Shown here: positions 44,801 through 57,300 of the stretch, one piece after another
Position numbering within the stretch: the first letter of the stretch is position 1
Layout: the number at the start of each line of letters is the position of its first letter
DNA from: Macrostomum lignano
Lineage: Eukaryota
Assembly: GCA_002269645.1 (NCBI GenBank)
Contig: NIVC01000736.1
Coordinates: forward strand, 124,001-188,000
Reading direction: 5' to 3'
Length of the DNA stretch: 64,000 nucleotides
The notes under the pieces: model-generated
Database searches by the model: none
Told to the model about the DNA's origin: nothing
Seen by the model: only the letters and a program-made list of their open reading frames with translations
Translations under genes and position numbers: made by a program

Positions 44801-45229
44801 CAGGTACTCCTCTAGGGAGGCCCGATGGATTGGCCAGTCGTTCAACCGATCCGGCGCATTGCATTTGGCTCCATGTGCGAGTAGTCGGCTGATGAACCTG
44901 GAGTCTTTGATTGCGGCCGCTTGGTGCAGGGTCGACTCCGTGTTCACAGTGGCAGTGTTAGGATCGGCTCCCAGCTCTAGTAGCAGCTCCACGGTCTCAA
45001 AGTGACGCTTCTCGAGGCCCAGGTTGAGAGCCGACTTGCCTGCGCTGTTTAAGGCGTTCAGATCGGCGCCGTGCTCCTTCAACAGACGGATCACCTCAAT
45101 TTTGTTGTCTGTCGCGGCCCGGTGCAGCAGCGTCCGGTCATTCTGACGACTGTCAACGTCCTCAGCTTTGTCATCAAGCAGCTGGCGAAGCTGCGTCACC
45201 GACGGGTAGGCGGACCACAGGCTGCTCAT
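41867..45229 (-). CDS. Intronless TRP cation channel of 1120 aa: 5-6 N-terminal ankyrin repeats plus TRPM-type MHR3/4, pre-S1, S1-S6, TRP box and coiled coil
   Basis: Ankyrin repeats (TLLHRAA...LLKEHGADLN, LTPLHIAA...LVEHGADIA, GRTPLDL). TRPM-like PVRTLAMWSVLTGRF, ALLMAKLLR and FYDIPCVKF. Also YFSDGWNLIDL, LGPKLKMMALMV, pore MIVGEY, LLLNVIVAMFSET, TRP box WQFEKYDL.QEF and LPPPFNVL. Confidence 0.93.
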   Translation of the reverse strand: MSSLWSAYPSVTQLRQLLDDKAEDVDSRQNDRTLLHRAATDNKIEVIRLLKEHGADLNALNSAGKSALNLGLEKRHFETVELLLELGADPNTATVNTESTLHQAAAIKDSRFISRLLAHGAKCNAPDRLNDWPIHRASLEEYLETVGVLLHEHSEHINVIGNRGLTPLHIAATNSNAELFAVLVEHGADIAVKDLQGRTPLDLVIMNQDNAILDTYGYLLANKVVKCPEAGSFRTVFSTDSARKFLDTLTKIDNEYRRTFVPTDTDIEYFQNRLDEATNEMLLSYIESDERIDINEFVQIIIRAVSNGLVDEIISKDLVPKIAESIFRHVLVTENEILLQELMNLGVLWGKIVQFLESNIVEVYEKTLIAKRVGIRGLVWRECLKDEDDEDEDEDQKQQTKILGSGESLQEVTQRVSYDKLHMLVSKTTKLWQLRHTDFIDEQTDRCNLDSPIEVMKDPVRTLAMWSVLTGRFKLTPHLLRQEPYDLIPQALLMAKLLRCLSILRSIEDVYRNKAINMANTCEGIAIQALRRIKEFDTSQNNILTMEYLRLPLRSYGDYDAIDLAARGESSSFVTIDVVQDTLDMFWYSDFFFVRSNVWKMEGAILMGFVPPLMLLLPLIMERFRKESPTFKNPEILQDSKFVQVKSALHSHNEHHGHEMTGAEERLLPQPPEAEVPPKKPSYVRRVFKELNAFYDIPCVKFRFHVTAHVMFVLLLSFVVMRLFNKRMSVSECICYVCLLGFLVEEINEIFKSKKDESLASYFSDGWNLIDLTAILCGIISFALRLDDEISGKSEHAESVRYWALVLLSTTCLVYWIRLLFVSVILESLGPKLKMMALMVKKDFLPFLYILFILMIGFGVVFQALLYPPTNFGTSSLSPGDTDNGTEAQEIAVRMFRTTFFMIVGEYGLDDKTNLCSSPDAKEDCVHETGSLLVTNIFMVIYIVIVQILLLNVIVAMFSETIDAVNRESTAMWQFEKYDLTQEFFMRSKLPPPFNVLLELRRLIAWIIRRFRRNKSSDGKRTAPRSTEKSEVEVFLYYLYYQAISCRGQRSTFRGVVIDEEDLDEGNKIIFEQIKDIQKELKRLRKLETLVQKMSNSSSGPSRQLPPHRQLAALAENQDT

Positions 45230-46440
45230 TCCGGCGGATTGCTCTCGTGGGATGCCGCTTAGAGTGCGCCGAGTTTCTTTCCGTTTAACCGGTTAATAAT
45301 TGTTTAAAACGTGCGGGCGGTGCTTCTGTGGTGTTCAAACTGTCTGGGTTGCGAACTGCCTCCTCTCACTGATGGCGCTCTCTAGCTTTTTAACAGAAAG
45401 GGGCTGCTCACAAGAAGCCAATTGATAGGGCCGGGCGCGGGCTCCAGAGGTTCAGACAATTTTTTTTGCTCGAGTGCGCCCGCTTTCTGCTGCGGCTCTG
45501 TGCTGGAGGCGCACTCGCTATGCTTTTCTCTTTTTGCTTTTCGTTGCTTCCGAAAGCCTTCAGTTTTCAGTCTGGGCAGCGAACTTGAAAGTAAAGCCCC
45601 AGTTGATGACTGTCTGTCGTGTTTTTTCGCTCCTTGTGTTCGGTGCGCTCGCGGCGGTTCGACTGCCCATTGCTGCTGAGATGACGCGTTCGATGAAAAA
45701 ATACAATGGAAGGAAGAATGAAGGCATTCTCTGCTGGCTGAAGAGGCCCTGTCCCGACCTGGCCTCACAACAGGCACAATGAGTCCGCCATTGTGCTGCA
45801 GCTCACTCAGTGTCTGTGGAGCTCGCACATTCGGGGGCACCTGCCTATCTCTAAAAGTAGGCTCAACCCACCGCGTTTTTACTAGCCTAGCTTGCTGTCT
45901 AAGAAATCTGAAGGCACGCATTGCCTCATAGCGTATTTGCACCCAGCACTGGTTAGTGAGATGATGGCCTGGCTTGCATGCTCTGACTCGGAGCAGAATT
46001 CTGCTCGGGCACGAATTCTCTAACCTCATATTATGAATAGCTTGCTCATTTGCAAAATATTGAATTGCAGTTTTTATCTCAAAACAGCTGATTGCAGTTC
46101 CTTCCGTCAGTCAATCAAGGTTTTATTGACTCGGCGAATGTTCGTTTTATTTTCACTTTTTTTCTCATTACAAAAGCACTAAAAAGGCTCGTCGCCCACG
46201 ATCTCGCTCGCTACGCGCTATTTGCTTACAAATCTGTTTCACAAATCGGTACTTATAACTTCATCTTAAGTAGCGTAATACACTGAGAAGTAGATCGTGT
46301 ATTTATTGGCGGAACACTCCAGTCAATTAGATTTTTTAAGACTTAAGGAGTAAAATTGAACTGTCTTATCAGCCTATATGTACGATTAGTCAATCAGTTT
46401 GCCCACGCGGCTCGGTGAAGCTTCTCAGCTTAAGCGCCAC

Positions 46441-47196
46441 TCAGTCGTCCATTTCGTCCCAGTCGGGCACCACAATGGGCTCCTCTCCGATCGTCATCTC
46501 TTCCATGCGACCTCCTGGACGACCTGGACGTCCGGGACGACCGGGACGACCACCAGGGCGTCCGGGACGACCTGGAGGTCCCATTGGCGGGCAGCCCTTC
46601 CTACGGGGTGCCTTGGCGAAGGCGCTAGCAGTTTCCGCCCTGGTCGCCGGCCCGCTGCTGTTTGTCCAGATCTCGATACGGTCGCCGTCTTGGATCCTCC
46701 AGACGTCATCGTCAGTCTGCAGCAGCTGCAGGTTGTTGCGCACAATCCGAGTGATGTTAGTGACGTTGCAGTGGCGCCCCAAAGCACTGGCGAAGTCCCT
46801 GTACAGGTTGTCGCCCATCATGTAGTTGAGCTCCTCCGGCACTTGGAAGGCCATACTCCTGTTAAATGCCGGTATATGTTGGGAAAATTGATTAATGTAT
46901 TGCATTCATGTTAACACGTACTCACTTTGCAACTACTGAAGGCGAACAAGCGCGAATCACCTGTAGTACGGAGTCGAGTCGTCCACCTTGCGCACAAGGA
47001 ACTGCACAGTCCGGGCGTAGCCACCATAAGTGACGTTGGTTGCATTCTTCACGGCGACGGTCGCGTTGGTGCTGAAGTTGGCGGACCGGCGGAACAGTCT
47101 GAAGCTGAACGCGGCAGCGGGCGCAGGCATCAAGACCGCCATCGCGAGGCCCAGGGCCAGGGCGCTCAGCGCCAGATTTGGCAGTGAAAATCGCAT
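46441..47196 (-). CDS. Two-exon secreted orphan glycoprotein of about 217 aa; exons 47196-46961 and 46858-46441
   Basis: Signal peptide MRFSLPNLALSALALGLAMAVLMPAPAAA. A phase-2 GT-AG intron (TACAG|GTGATT ... TTTAACAG|G) joins two open frames. Seven N-x-S/T sequons, a GPPGRPGRPGGRPGRPGRPGRPGG repeat and an acidic tail. Confidence 0.75.
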
Positions 47197-48399
47197 TTGA
47201 ATTCGTAGAGCGCTGGAAATTTCGAAGAGTAGAAATTCGACCAACTATGGGCAATCGGTCGCACTCCCAGCTGCTGCTAGGCCTGGTGGCTCGCCTTTTA
47301 TCTTGAATTTTTTTGAGAAAGTCGAAAGCAGCCCCGACTGCAGCGATAAGGCAGGCAGTGAAACAGCGGAAAACTGCAGCTCAAGCTCTGACAGTTTTGG
47401 AGACATTCCACCTGAAGCCAGCTCTGCACTCAGGCCTGGCTTATCAACCTGTCTTGGTTGCCAGAGCACGCAGTAGAAATTTATTCTTTCATTTTTGGCG
47501 ATTTCCTAATGAGACTTCAGAATATCAGGTGATATTTTGCTGCTAAGATAAGCAGATACCTTGACCGGGCCAGCTTTATCGCGAACTGCGGCCTCCCCAT
47601 GCAGCAAGCGGTTAAGGTGGCTCTTCGCATTACCTCGTGACGAATTAAATTTTTGAGACGAAAGTCGAGACGAGATTTGGCATTCTAACAAGAAATGTTT
47701 ACTAATACTTACGACGGTCTAAGCGTGTGACCTAAACAAGCTTTTTAAACAACTTGACCTTGGAGAGTCGGCACCTATAGCTCTACTTATGGGGTCGTGT
47801 GTGCAAGAAAGACTCCAGCTACTCCTGTGTAGGAGTGTAGCTTAGCTTAAAAAAAGTTCAGAATCCTCATCAGTGCTGAAGGCTCGTTCATGAGGAACGC
47901 CATCAAACAGCTTGCACGTACTTTTTATCGCCCGTGTGACTCGACACTGACAAGTATTGGTCGGCCAAATGGATCCCGGACCACGCTGGTTTCCTCGGCG
48001 ACGAGTGTGCTGACCTGCTGGCTCTGCCAGCGCGCTTCTGGAGCCAAGCCCAGGGGCCCCCATCCCCGCCTCGGTGGTCAAGTTCTGTACTGACTCTGAG
48101 CATCTCCGCAGATGGCACGACACTCGGAATTGCAGGCAGTCTTGTGCCTGCCCGTCCGCTGTCCCTCCCCCCTCCTGCGTAGAGATCTTGGAGCAGTCAG
48201 CATGGCCCTCTCCAGGCATGACTGCTCCTCTTGCCACCGTTTCGCGTCACAATAGTACTACAGCACAGATATGAATATGAGTATAGTATAAAGCATCAAC
48301 ATAATAACAAGTTATAAAGTCAGATTGTATACGTTTGTAACCATGGTTACCACGGACTTCCAGGCTGGTACTGCATGGTGTGCGTACATGCGTGCGGGT

Positions 48400-51300
48400 A
48401 AAATCGCCCCCTTCTCAAAAACCGACTCTCCTAGAGAATCGCCCCCTCTTCCTCATAAAAAACCGACTCTCCTGGAGAATCGCCCCCCTCTTCCTCAAGA
48501 AACCGACTCTCCTGGAGAATCGCCTGAATCTTCCTCAAAAAACCGACTCTCCTGGAGAATCGCCTGAATCTTCCTCAAGAAACCGACTCTCCTGGAGAAT
48601 CACCTGAATCTTCCTCAAAAACCGACTCTCCTGGAGAATCGCCTGAATCTTCCTCAAGAAACCGACTCTCCTGGAGAATCGCCCCCCTCTTCCTCAAGAA
48701 ACCGACTCTCCTGGAGAATCGCCTGAATCTTCCTCAAAAACCGACTCTCCTGGAGAATCGCCCCCCTCTTCCTCAAGAAACCGACTCTCCTGGAGAATCG
48801 CCCCCCTCTTCCTCAAGAAACCGACTCTCCTGGAGAATCGCCTGAATCTTCCTCAAGAAACCGACTCTCCTGGAGAATCGCCTGAATCTTCCTCAAGAAA
48901 CCGACTCTCCTGGAGAATCGCCTGAATCTTCCTCAAGAAACCGACTCTCCTGGAGAATCGCCTGAATCTTCCTCAAGAAACCGACTCTCCTGGAGAATCG
49001 CCTGAATCTTCCTCAAGAAACCGACTCTCCTGGAGAATCGCCCCCTCTTCCTCAAGAAACCGACTCTCCTGGAGAATCGCCTGAATCTTCCTCAAGAAAC
49101 CGACTCTCCTGGAGAATCGCCTGAATCTTCCTCAAGAAACCGACTCTCCTGGAGAATCGCCTGAATCTTCCTCAAAAACCGACTCTCCTGGAGAATCGCC
49201 TGAATCTTCCTCAAAAACCGACTCTCCTGGAGAATCGCCTGAATCTTCCTCAAGAAACCGACTCTCCTGGAGAATCGCCCCCTCTTCCTCAAGAAACCGA
49301 CTCTCCTGGAGAATCGCCTGAATCTTCCTCAAAAACCGACTCTCCTGGAGAATCGCCTGAATCTTCCTCAAGAAACCGACTCTCCTGGAGAATCGCCTGA
49401 ATCTTCCTCAAGAAACCGACTCTCCTGGAGAATCGCCTGAATCTTCCTCAAGAAACCGACTCTCCTGGAGAATCGCCTGAATCTTCCTCAAGAAACCGAC
49501 TCTCCTGGAGAATCGCCCCCCTCTTCCTCAAGAAACCGACTCTCCTGGAGAATCGCCTGAATCTTCCTCAAGAAACCGACTCTCCTGGAGAATCGCCTGA
49601 ATCTTCCTCAAAAACCGACTCTCCTGGAGAATCGCCCCCCTCTTCCTCAAGAAACCGACTCTCCTGGAGAATCGCCCCCCTCTTCCTCAAGAAACCGACT
49701 CTCCTGGAGAATCGCCTGAATCTTCCTCAAGAAACCGACTCTCCTGGAGAATCGCCTGAATCTTCCTCAAGAAACCGACTCTCCTGGAGAATCGCCTGAA
49801 TCTTCCTCAAGAAACCGACTCTCCTGGAGAATCGCCTGAATCTTCCTCAAGAAACCGACTCTCCTGGAGAATCGCCCCCTCTTCCTCAAGAAACCGACTC
49901 TCCTGGAGAATCGCCTGAATCTTCCTCAAGAAACCGACTCTCCTGGAGAATCGCCTGAATCTTCCTCAAGAAACCGACTCTCCTGGAGAATCGCCTCTTC
50001 CTCAAGAAACCGACTCTCCTGGAGAATCGCCTCTTCCTCAAGAAACCGACTCTCCTGGAGAATCGCCTGAATCTTCCTCAAGAAACCGACTCTCCTGGAG
50101 AATCGCCTGAATCTTCCTCAAGAAACCGACTCTCCTGGAGAATCGCCTGAATCTTCCTCAAGAAACCGACTCTCCTGGAGAATCGCCTGAATCTTCCTCA
50201 AGAAACCGACTCTCCTGGAGAATCGCCTGAATCTTCCTCAAGAAACCGACTCTCCTGGAGAATCGCCTGAATCTTCCTCAAGAAACCGACTCTCCTGGAG
50301 AATCGCCTGAATCTTCCTCAAGAAACCGACTCTCCTGGAGAATCGCCTGAATCTTCCTCAAGAAACCGACTCTCCTGGAGAATCGCCTGAATCTTCCTCA
50401 AGAAACCGACTCTCCTGGAGAATCGCCTGAATCTTCCTCAAGAAACCGACTCTCCTGGAGAATCGCCTGAATCTTCCTCAAAAACCGACTCTCCTGGAGA
50501 ATCGCCCTTCCTCAAGAAACCGACTCTCCTGGAGAATCGCCTCTTCCTCAAGAAACCGACTCTCCTGGAGAATCGCCTGAATCTTCCTCAAGAAACCGAC
50601 TCTCCTGGAGAATCGCCCCCCTCTTCCTCAAGAAACCGACTCTCCTGGAGAATCGCCTGAATCTTCCTCAAGAAACCGACTCTCCTGGAGAATCGCCTGA
50701 ATCTTCCTCAAGAAACCGACTCTCCTGGAGAATCGCCTCTTCCTCAAGAAACCGACTCTCCTGGAGAATCGCCCCCCTCTTCCTCAAGAAACCGACTCTC
50801 CTGGAGAATCGCCTGAATCTTCCTCAAGAAACCGACTCTCCTGGAGAATCGCCTGAATCTTCCTCAAGAAACCGACTCTCCTGGAGAATCGCCTGAATCT
50901 TCCTCAAGAAACCGACTCTCCTGGAGAATCGCCCCCCTCTTCCTCAAGAAACCGACTCTCCTGGAGAATCGCCTGAATCTTCCTCAAGAAACCGACTCTC
51001 CTGGAGAATCGCCCCCTCTTCCTCAAGAAACCGACTCTCCTGGAGAATCGCCTGAATCTTCCTCAAGAAACCGACTCTCCTGGAGAATCGCCCCCCTCTT
51101 CCTCAAGAAACCGACTCTCCTGGAGAATCGCCTGAATCTTCCTCAAGAAACCGACTCTCCTGGAGAATCGCCTGAATCTTCCTCAAGAAACCGACTCTCC
51201 TGGAGAATCGCCTGAATCTTCCTCAAGAAACCGACTCTCCTGGAGAATCGCCTGAATCTTCCTCAAGAAACCGACTCTCCTGGAGAATCGCCTGAATCTT

Positions 51301-54300
51301 CCTCAAGAAACCGACTCTCCTGGAGAATCGCCTCTTCCTCAAGAAACCGACTCTCCTGGAGAATCGCCCCCCTCTTCCTCAAGAAACCGACTCTCCTGGA
51401 GAATCGCCTGAATCTTCCTCAAGAAACCGACTCTCCTGGAGAATCGCCTGAATCTTCCTCAAGAAACCGACTCTCCTGGAGAATCGCCTGAATCTTCCTC
51501 AAGAAACCGACTCTCCTGGAGAATCGCCCCCCTCTTCCTCAAGAAACCGACTCTCCTGGAGAATCGCCTGAATCTTCCTCAAGAAACCGACTCTCCTGGA
51601 GAATCGCCTGAATCTTCCTCAAGAAACCGACTCTCCTGGAGAATCGCCTGAATCTTCCTCAAGAAACCGACTCTCCTGGAGAATCGCCCCCCTCTTCCTC
51701 AAGAAACCGACTCTCCTGGAGAATCGCCTGAATCTTCCTCAAGAAACCGACTCTCCTGGAGAATCGCCCCCCTCTTCCTCAAGAAACCGACTCTCCTGGA
51801 GAATCGCCTGAATCTTCCTCAAGAAACCGACTCTCCTGGAGAATCGCCTGAATCTTCCTCAAGAAACCGACTCTCCTGGAGAATCGCCTGAATCTTCCTC
51901 AAGAAACCGACTCTCCTGGAGAATCGCCTGAATCTTCCTCAAGAAACCGACTCTCCTGGAGAATCGCCTGAATCTTCCTCAAGAAACCGACTCTCCTGGA
52001 GAATCGCCTGAATCTTCCTCAAGAAACCGACTCTCCTGGAGAATCGCCCCCCTCTTCCTCAAGAAACCGACTCTCCTGGAGAATCGCCTGAATCTTCCTC
52101 AAGAAACCGACTCTCCTGGAGAATCGCCCTTCCTCAAGAAACCGACTCTCCTGGAGAATCGCCTGAATCTTCCTCAAGAAACCGACTCTCCTGGAGAATC
52201 GCCTGAATCTTCCTCAAGAAACCGACTCTCCTGGAGAATCGCCTGAATCTTCCTCAAGAAACCGACTCTCCTGGAGAATCGCCTGAATCTTCCTCAAGAA
52301 ACCGACTCTCCTGGAGAATCGCCTCTTCCTCAAGAAACCGACTCTCCTGGAGAATCGCCTGAATCTTCCTCAAGAAACCGACTCTCCTGGAGAATCGCCT
52401 CTTCCTCAAGAAACCGACTCTCCTGGAGAATCGCCTCTTCCTCAAGAAACCGACTCTCCTGGAGAATCGCCTGAATCTTCCTCAAGAAACCGACTCTCCT
52501 GGAGAATCGCCTGAATCTTCCTCAAAAACCGACTCTCCTGGAGAATCGCCTGAATCTTCCTCAAGAAACCGACTCTCCTGGAGAATCGCCCCCCTCTTCC
52601 TCAAGAAACCGACTCTCCTGGAGAATCGCCTGAATCTTCCTCAAGAAACCGACTCTCCTGGAGAATCGCCCCCTCTTCCTCAAGAAACCGACTCTCCTGG
52701 AGAATCGCCTGAATCTTCCTCAAAAACCGACTCTCCTGGAGAATCGCCCCCCTCTTCGTCAAGAAACCGACTCTCCTGGAGAATCGCCTGAATCTTCCTC
52801 AAGAAACCGACTCTCCTGGAGAATCGCCTGAATCTTCCTCAAAAACCGACTCTCCTGGAGAATCGCCTCTTCCTCAAGAAACCGACTCTCCTGGAGAATC
52901 GCCTCTTCCTCAAGAAACCGACTCTCCTGGAGAATCGCCTGAATCTTCCTCAAGAAACCGACTCTCCTGGAGAATCGCCTGAATCTTCCTCAAGAAACCG
53001 ACTCTCCTGGAGAATCGCCTGAATCTTCCTCAAGAAACCGACTCTCCTGGAGAATCGCCTGAATCTTCCTCAAGAAACCGACTCTCCTGGAGAATCGCCT
53101 GAATCTTCCTCAAGAAACCGACTCTCCTGGAGAATCGCCTGAATCTTCCTCAAGAAACCGACTCTCCTGGAGAATCGCCTGAATCTTCCTCAAGAAACCG
53201 ACTCTCCTGGAGAATCGCCTGAATCTTCCTCAAGAAACCGACTCTCCTGGAGAATCGCCTCTTCCTCAAGAAACCGACTCTCCTGGAGAATCGCCTGAAT
53301 CTTCCTCAAGAAACCGACTCTCCTGGAGAATCGCCCCCCTCTTCCTCAAGAAACCGACTCTCCTGGAGAATCGCCTGAATCTTCCTCAAGAAACCGACTC
53401 TCCTGGAGAATCGCCTGAATCTTCCTCAAGAAACCGACTCTCCTGGAGAATCGCCTGAATCTTCCTCAAGAAACCGACTCTCCTGGAGAATCGCCTGAAT
53501 CTTCCTCAAGAAACCGACTCTCCTGGAGAATCGCCCCCCTCTTCCTCAAGAAACCGACTCTCCTGGAGAATCGCCTGAATCTTCCTCAAGAAACCGACTC
53601 TCCTGGAGAATCGCCTGAATCTTCCTCAAGAAACCGACTCTCCTGGAGAATCGCCCCCCTCTTCCTCAAGAAACCGACTCTCCTGGAGAATCGCCTGAAT
53701 CTTCCTCAAGAAACCGACTCTCCTGGAGAATCGCCTCTTCCTCAAGAAACCGACTCTCCTGGAGAATCGCCTGAATCTTCCTCAAGAAACCGACTCTCCT
53801 GGAGAATCGCCCCCCTCTTCCTCAAGAAACCGACTCTCCTGGAGAATCGCCTGAATCTTCCTCAAGAAACCGACTCTCCTGGAGAATCGCCTGAATCTTC
53901 CTCAAGAAACCGACTCTCCTGGAGAATCGCCTGAATCTTCCTCAAGAAACCGACTCTCCTGGAGAATCGCCTGAATCTTCCTCAAGAAACCGACTCTCCT
54001 GGAGAATCGCCTGAATCTTCCTCAAGAAACCGACTCTCCTGGAGAATCGCCTGAATCTTCCTCAAGAAACCGACTCTCCTGGAGAATCGCCCCCCTCTTC
54101 CTCAAGAAACCGACTCTCCTGGAGAATCGCCTGAATCTTCCTCAAGAAACCGACTCTCCTGGAGAATCGCCCCCCTCTTCCTCAAGAAACCGACTCTCCT
54201 GGAGAATCGCCTGAATCTTCCTCAAGAAACCGACTCTCCTGGAGAATCGCCTGAATCTTCCTCAAGAAACCGACTCTCCTGGAGAATCGCCTGAATCTTC

Positions 54301-57300
54301 CTCAAGAAACCGACTCTCCTGGAGAATCGCCTCTTCCTCAAGAAACCGACTCTCCTGGAGAATCGCCTGAATCTTCCTCAAGAAACCGACTCTCCTGGAG
54401 AATCGCCCCCCTCTTCCTCAAGAAACCGACTCTCCTGGAGAATCGCCTGAATCTTCCTCAAGAAACCGACTCTCCTGGAGAATCGCCCCCCTCTTCCTCA
54501 AGAAACCGACTCTCCTGGAGAATCGCCTGAATCTTCCTCAAGAAACCGACTCTCCTGGAGAATCGCCTGAATCTTCCTCAAGAAACCGACTCTCCTGGAG
54601 AATCGCCTGAATCTTCCTCAAGAAACCGACTCTCCTGGAGAATCGCCTGAATCTTCCTCAAGAAACCGACTCTCCTGGAGAATCGCCTGAATCTTCCTCA
54701 AGAAACCGACTCTCCTGGAGAATCGCCTGAATCTTCCTCAAGAAACCGACTCTCCTGGAGAATCGCCTGAATCTTCCTCAAGAAACCGACTCTCCTGGAG
54801 AATCGCCTGAATCTTCCTCAAGAAACCGACTCTCCTGGAGAATCGCCCCCCTCTTCCTCAAGAAACCGACTCTCCTGGAGAATCGCCTGAATCTTCCTCA
54901 AGAAACCGACTCTCCTGGAGAATCGCCTGAATCTTCCTCAAGAAACCGACTCTCCTGGAGAATCGCCTGAATCTTCCTCAAGAAACCGACTCTCCTGGAG
55001 AATCGCCTGAATCTTCCTCAAGAAACCGACTCTCCTGGAGAATCGCCTGAATCTTCCTCAAGAAACCGACTCTCCTGGAGAATCGCCTGAATCTTCCTCA
55101 AGAAACCGACTCTCCTGGAGAATCGCCTGAATCTTCCTCAAGAAACCGACTCTCCTGGAGAATCGCCCCCCTCTTCCTCAAGAAACCGACTCTCCTGGAG
55201 AATCGCCTGAATCTTCCTCAAGAAACCGACTCTCCTGGAGAATCGCCTGAATCTTCCTCAAGAAACCGACTCTCCTGGAGAATCGCCTGAATCTTCCTCA
55301 AGAAACCGACTCTCCTGGAGAATCGCCTGAATCTTCCTCAAGAAACCGACTCTCCTGGAGAATCGCCTCTTCCTCAAGAAACCGACTCTCCTGGAGAATC
55401 GCCTGAATCTTCCTCAAGAAACCGACTCTCCTGGAGAATCGCCCCCCTCTTCCTCAAGAAACCGACTCTCCTGGAGAATCGCCTGAATCTTCCTCAAGAA
55501 ACCGACTCTCCTGGAGAATCGCCTGAATCTTCCTCAAGAAACCGACTCTCCTGGAGAATCGCCTGAATCTTCCTCAAGAAACCGACTCTCCTGGAGAATC
55601 GCCTCTTCCTCAAGAAACCGACTCTCCTGGAGAATCGCCTGAATCTTCCTCAAGAAACCGACTCTCCTGGAGAATCGCCTCTTCCTCAAGAAACCGACTC
55701 TCCTGGAGAATCGCCTGAATCTTCCTCAAGAAACCGACTCTCCTGGAGAATCGCCCCCCTCTTCGTCAAGAAACCGACTCTCCTGGAGAATCGCCTGAAT
55801 CTTCCTCAAGAAACCGACTCTCCTGGAGAATCGCCTGAATCTTCCTCAAGAAACCGACTCTCCTGGAGAATCGCCTGAATCTTCCTCAAGAAACCGACTC
55901 TCCTGGAGAATCGCCTGAATCTTCCTCAAGAAACCGACTCTCCTGGAGAATCGCCTGAATCTTCCTCAAGAAACCGACTCTCCTGGAGAATCGCCTGAAT
56001 CTTCCTCAAGAAACCGACTCTCCTGGAGAATCGCCTGAATCTTCCTCAAGAAACCGACTCTCCTGGAGAATCGCCCCCCTCTTCCTCAAGAAACCGACTC
56101 TCCTGGAGAATCGCCTGAATCTTCCTCAAGAAACCGACTCTCCTGGAGAATCGCCTGAATCTTCCTCAAGAAACCGACTCTCCTGGAGAATCGCCTGAAT
56201 CTTCCTCAAGAAACCGACTCTCCTGGAGAATCGCCTGAATCTTCCTCAAGAAACCGACTCTCCTGGAGAATCGCCTGAATCTTCCTCAAGAAACCGACTC
56301 TCCTGGAGAATCGCCTGAATCTTCCTCAAGAAACCGACTCTCCTGGAGAATCGCCTGAATCTTCCTCAAGAAACCGACTCTCCTGGAGAATCGCCTGAAT
56401 CTTCCTCAAGAAACCGACTCTCCTGGAGAATCGCCTGAATCTTCCTCAAGAAACCGACTCTCCTGGAGAATCGCCTGAATCTTCCTCAAGAAACCGACTC
56501 TCCTGGAGAATCGCCTGAATCTTCCTCAAGAAACCGACTCTCCTGGAGAATCGCCTGAATCTTCCTCAAGAAACCGACTCTCCTGGAGAATCGCCTGAAT
56601 CTTCCTCAAGAAACCGACTCTCCTGGAGAATCGCCTGAATCTTCCTCAAGAAACCGACTCTCCTGGAGAATCGCCCCCCTCTTCCTCAAGAAACCGACTC
56701 TCCTGGAGAATCGCCTGAATCTTCCTCAAGAAACCGACTCTCCTGGAGAATCGCCTGAATCTTCCTCAAGAAACCGACTCTCCTGGAGAATCGCCTGAAT
56801 CTTCCTCAAGAAACCGACTCTCCTGGAGAATCGCCCCCCTCTTCCTCAAGAAACCGACTCTCCTGGAGAATCGCCTGAATCTTCCTCAAGAAACCGACTC
56901 TCCTGGAGAATCGCCTGAATCTTCCTCAAGAAACCGACTCTCCTGGAGAATCGCCTGAATCTTCCTCAAGAAACCGACTCTCCTGGAGAATCGCCTGAAT
57001 CTTCCTCAAGAAACCGACTCTCCTGGAGAATCGCCTGAATCTTCCTCAAGAAACCGACTCTCCTGGAGAATCGCCTGAATCTTCCTCAAGAAACCGACTC
57101 TCCTGGAGAATCGCCTGAATCTTCCTCAAGAAACCGACTCTCCTGGAGAATCGCCTGAATCTTCCTCAAGAAACCGACTCTCCTGGAGAATCGCCTGAAT
57201 CTTCCTCAAGAAACCGACTCTCCTGGAGAATCGCCTGAATCTTCCTCAAGAAACCGACTCTCCTGGAGAATCGCCTGAATCTTCCTCAAGAAACCGACTC

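Noticed and set aside
41996-45005. Plus-strand ORFs antisense to the TRP gene, and similar antisense ORFs over SMARCC, VPS41 and SNX exons
   Set aside because: These are shadow ORFs expected from GC-rich codon usage on the coding strand.
45382-46029. 215-aa minus-strand ORF upstream of the TRP gene, and short ORFs at 47245-48274
   Set aside because: No domain features, and they overlap ORFs in several frames. They are more likely 5' regulatory or intergenic GC-rich sequence.
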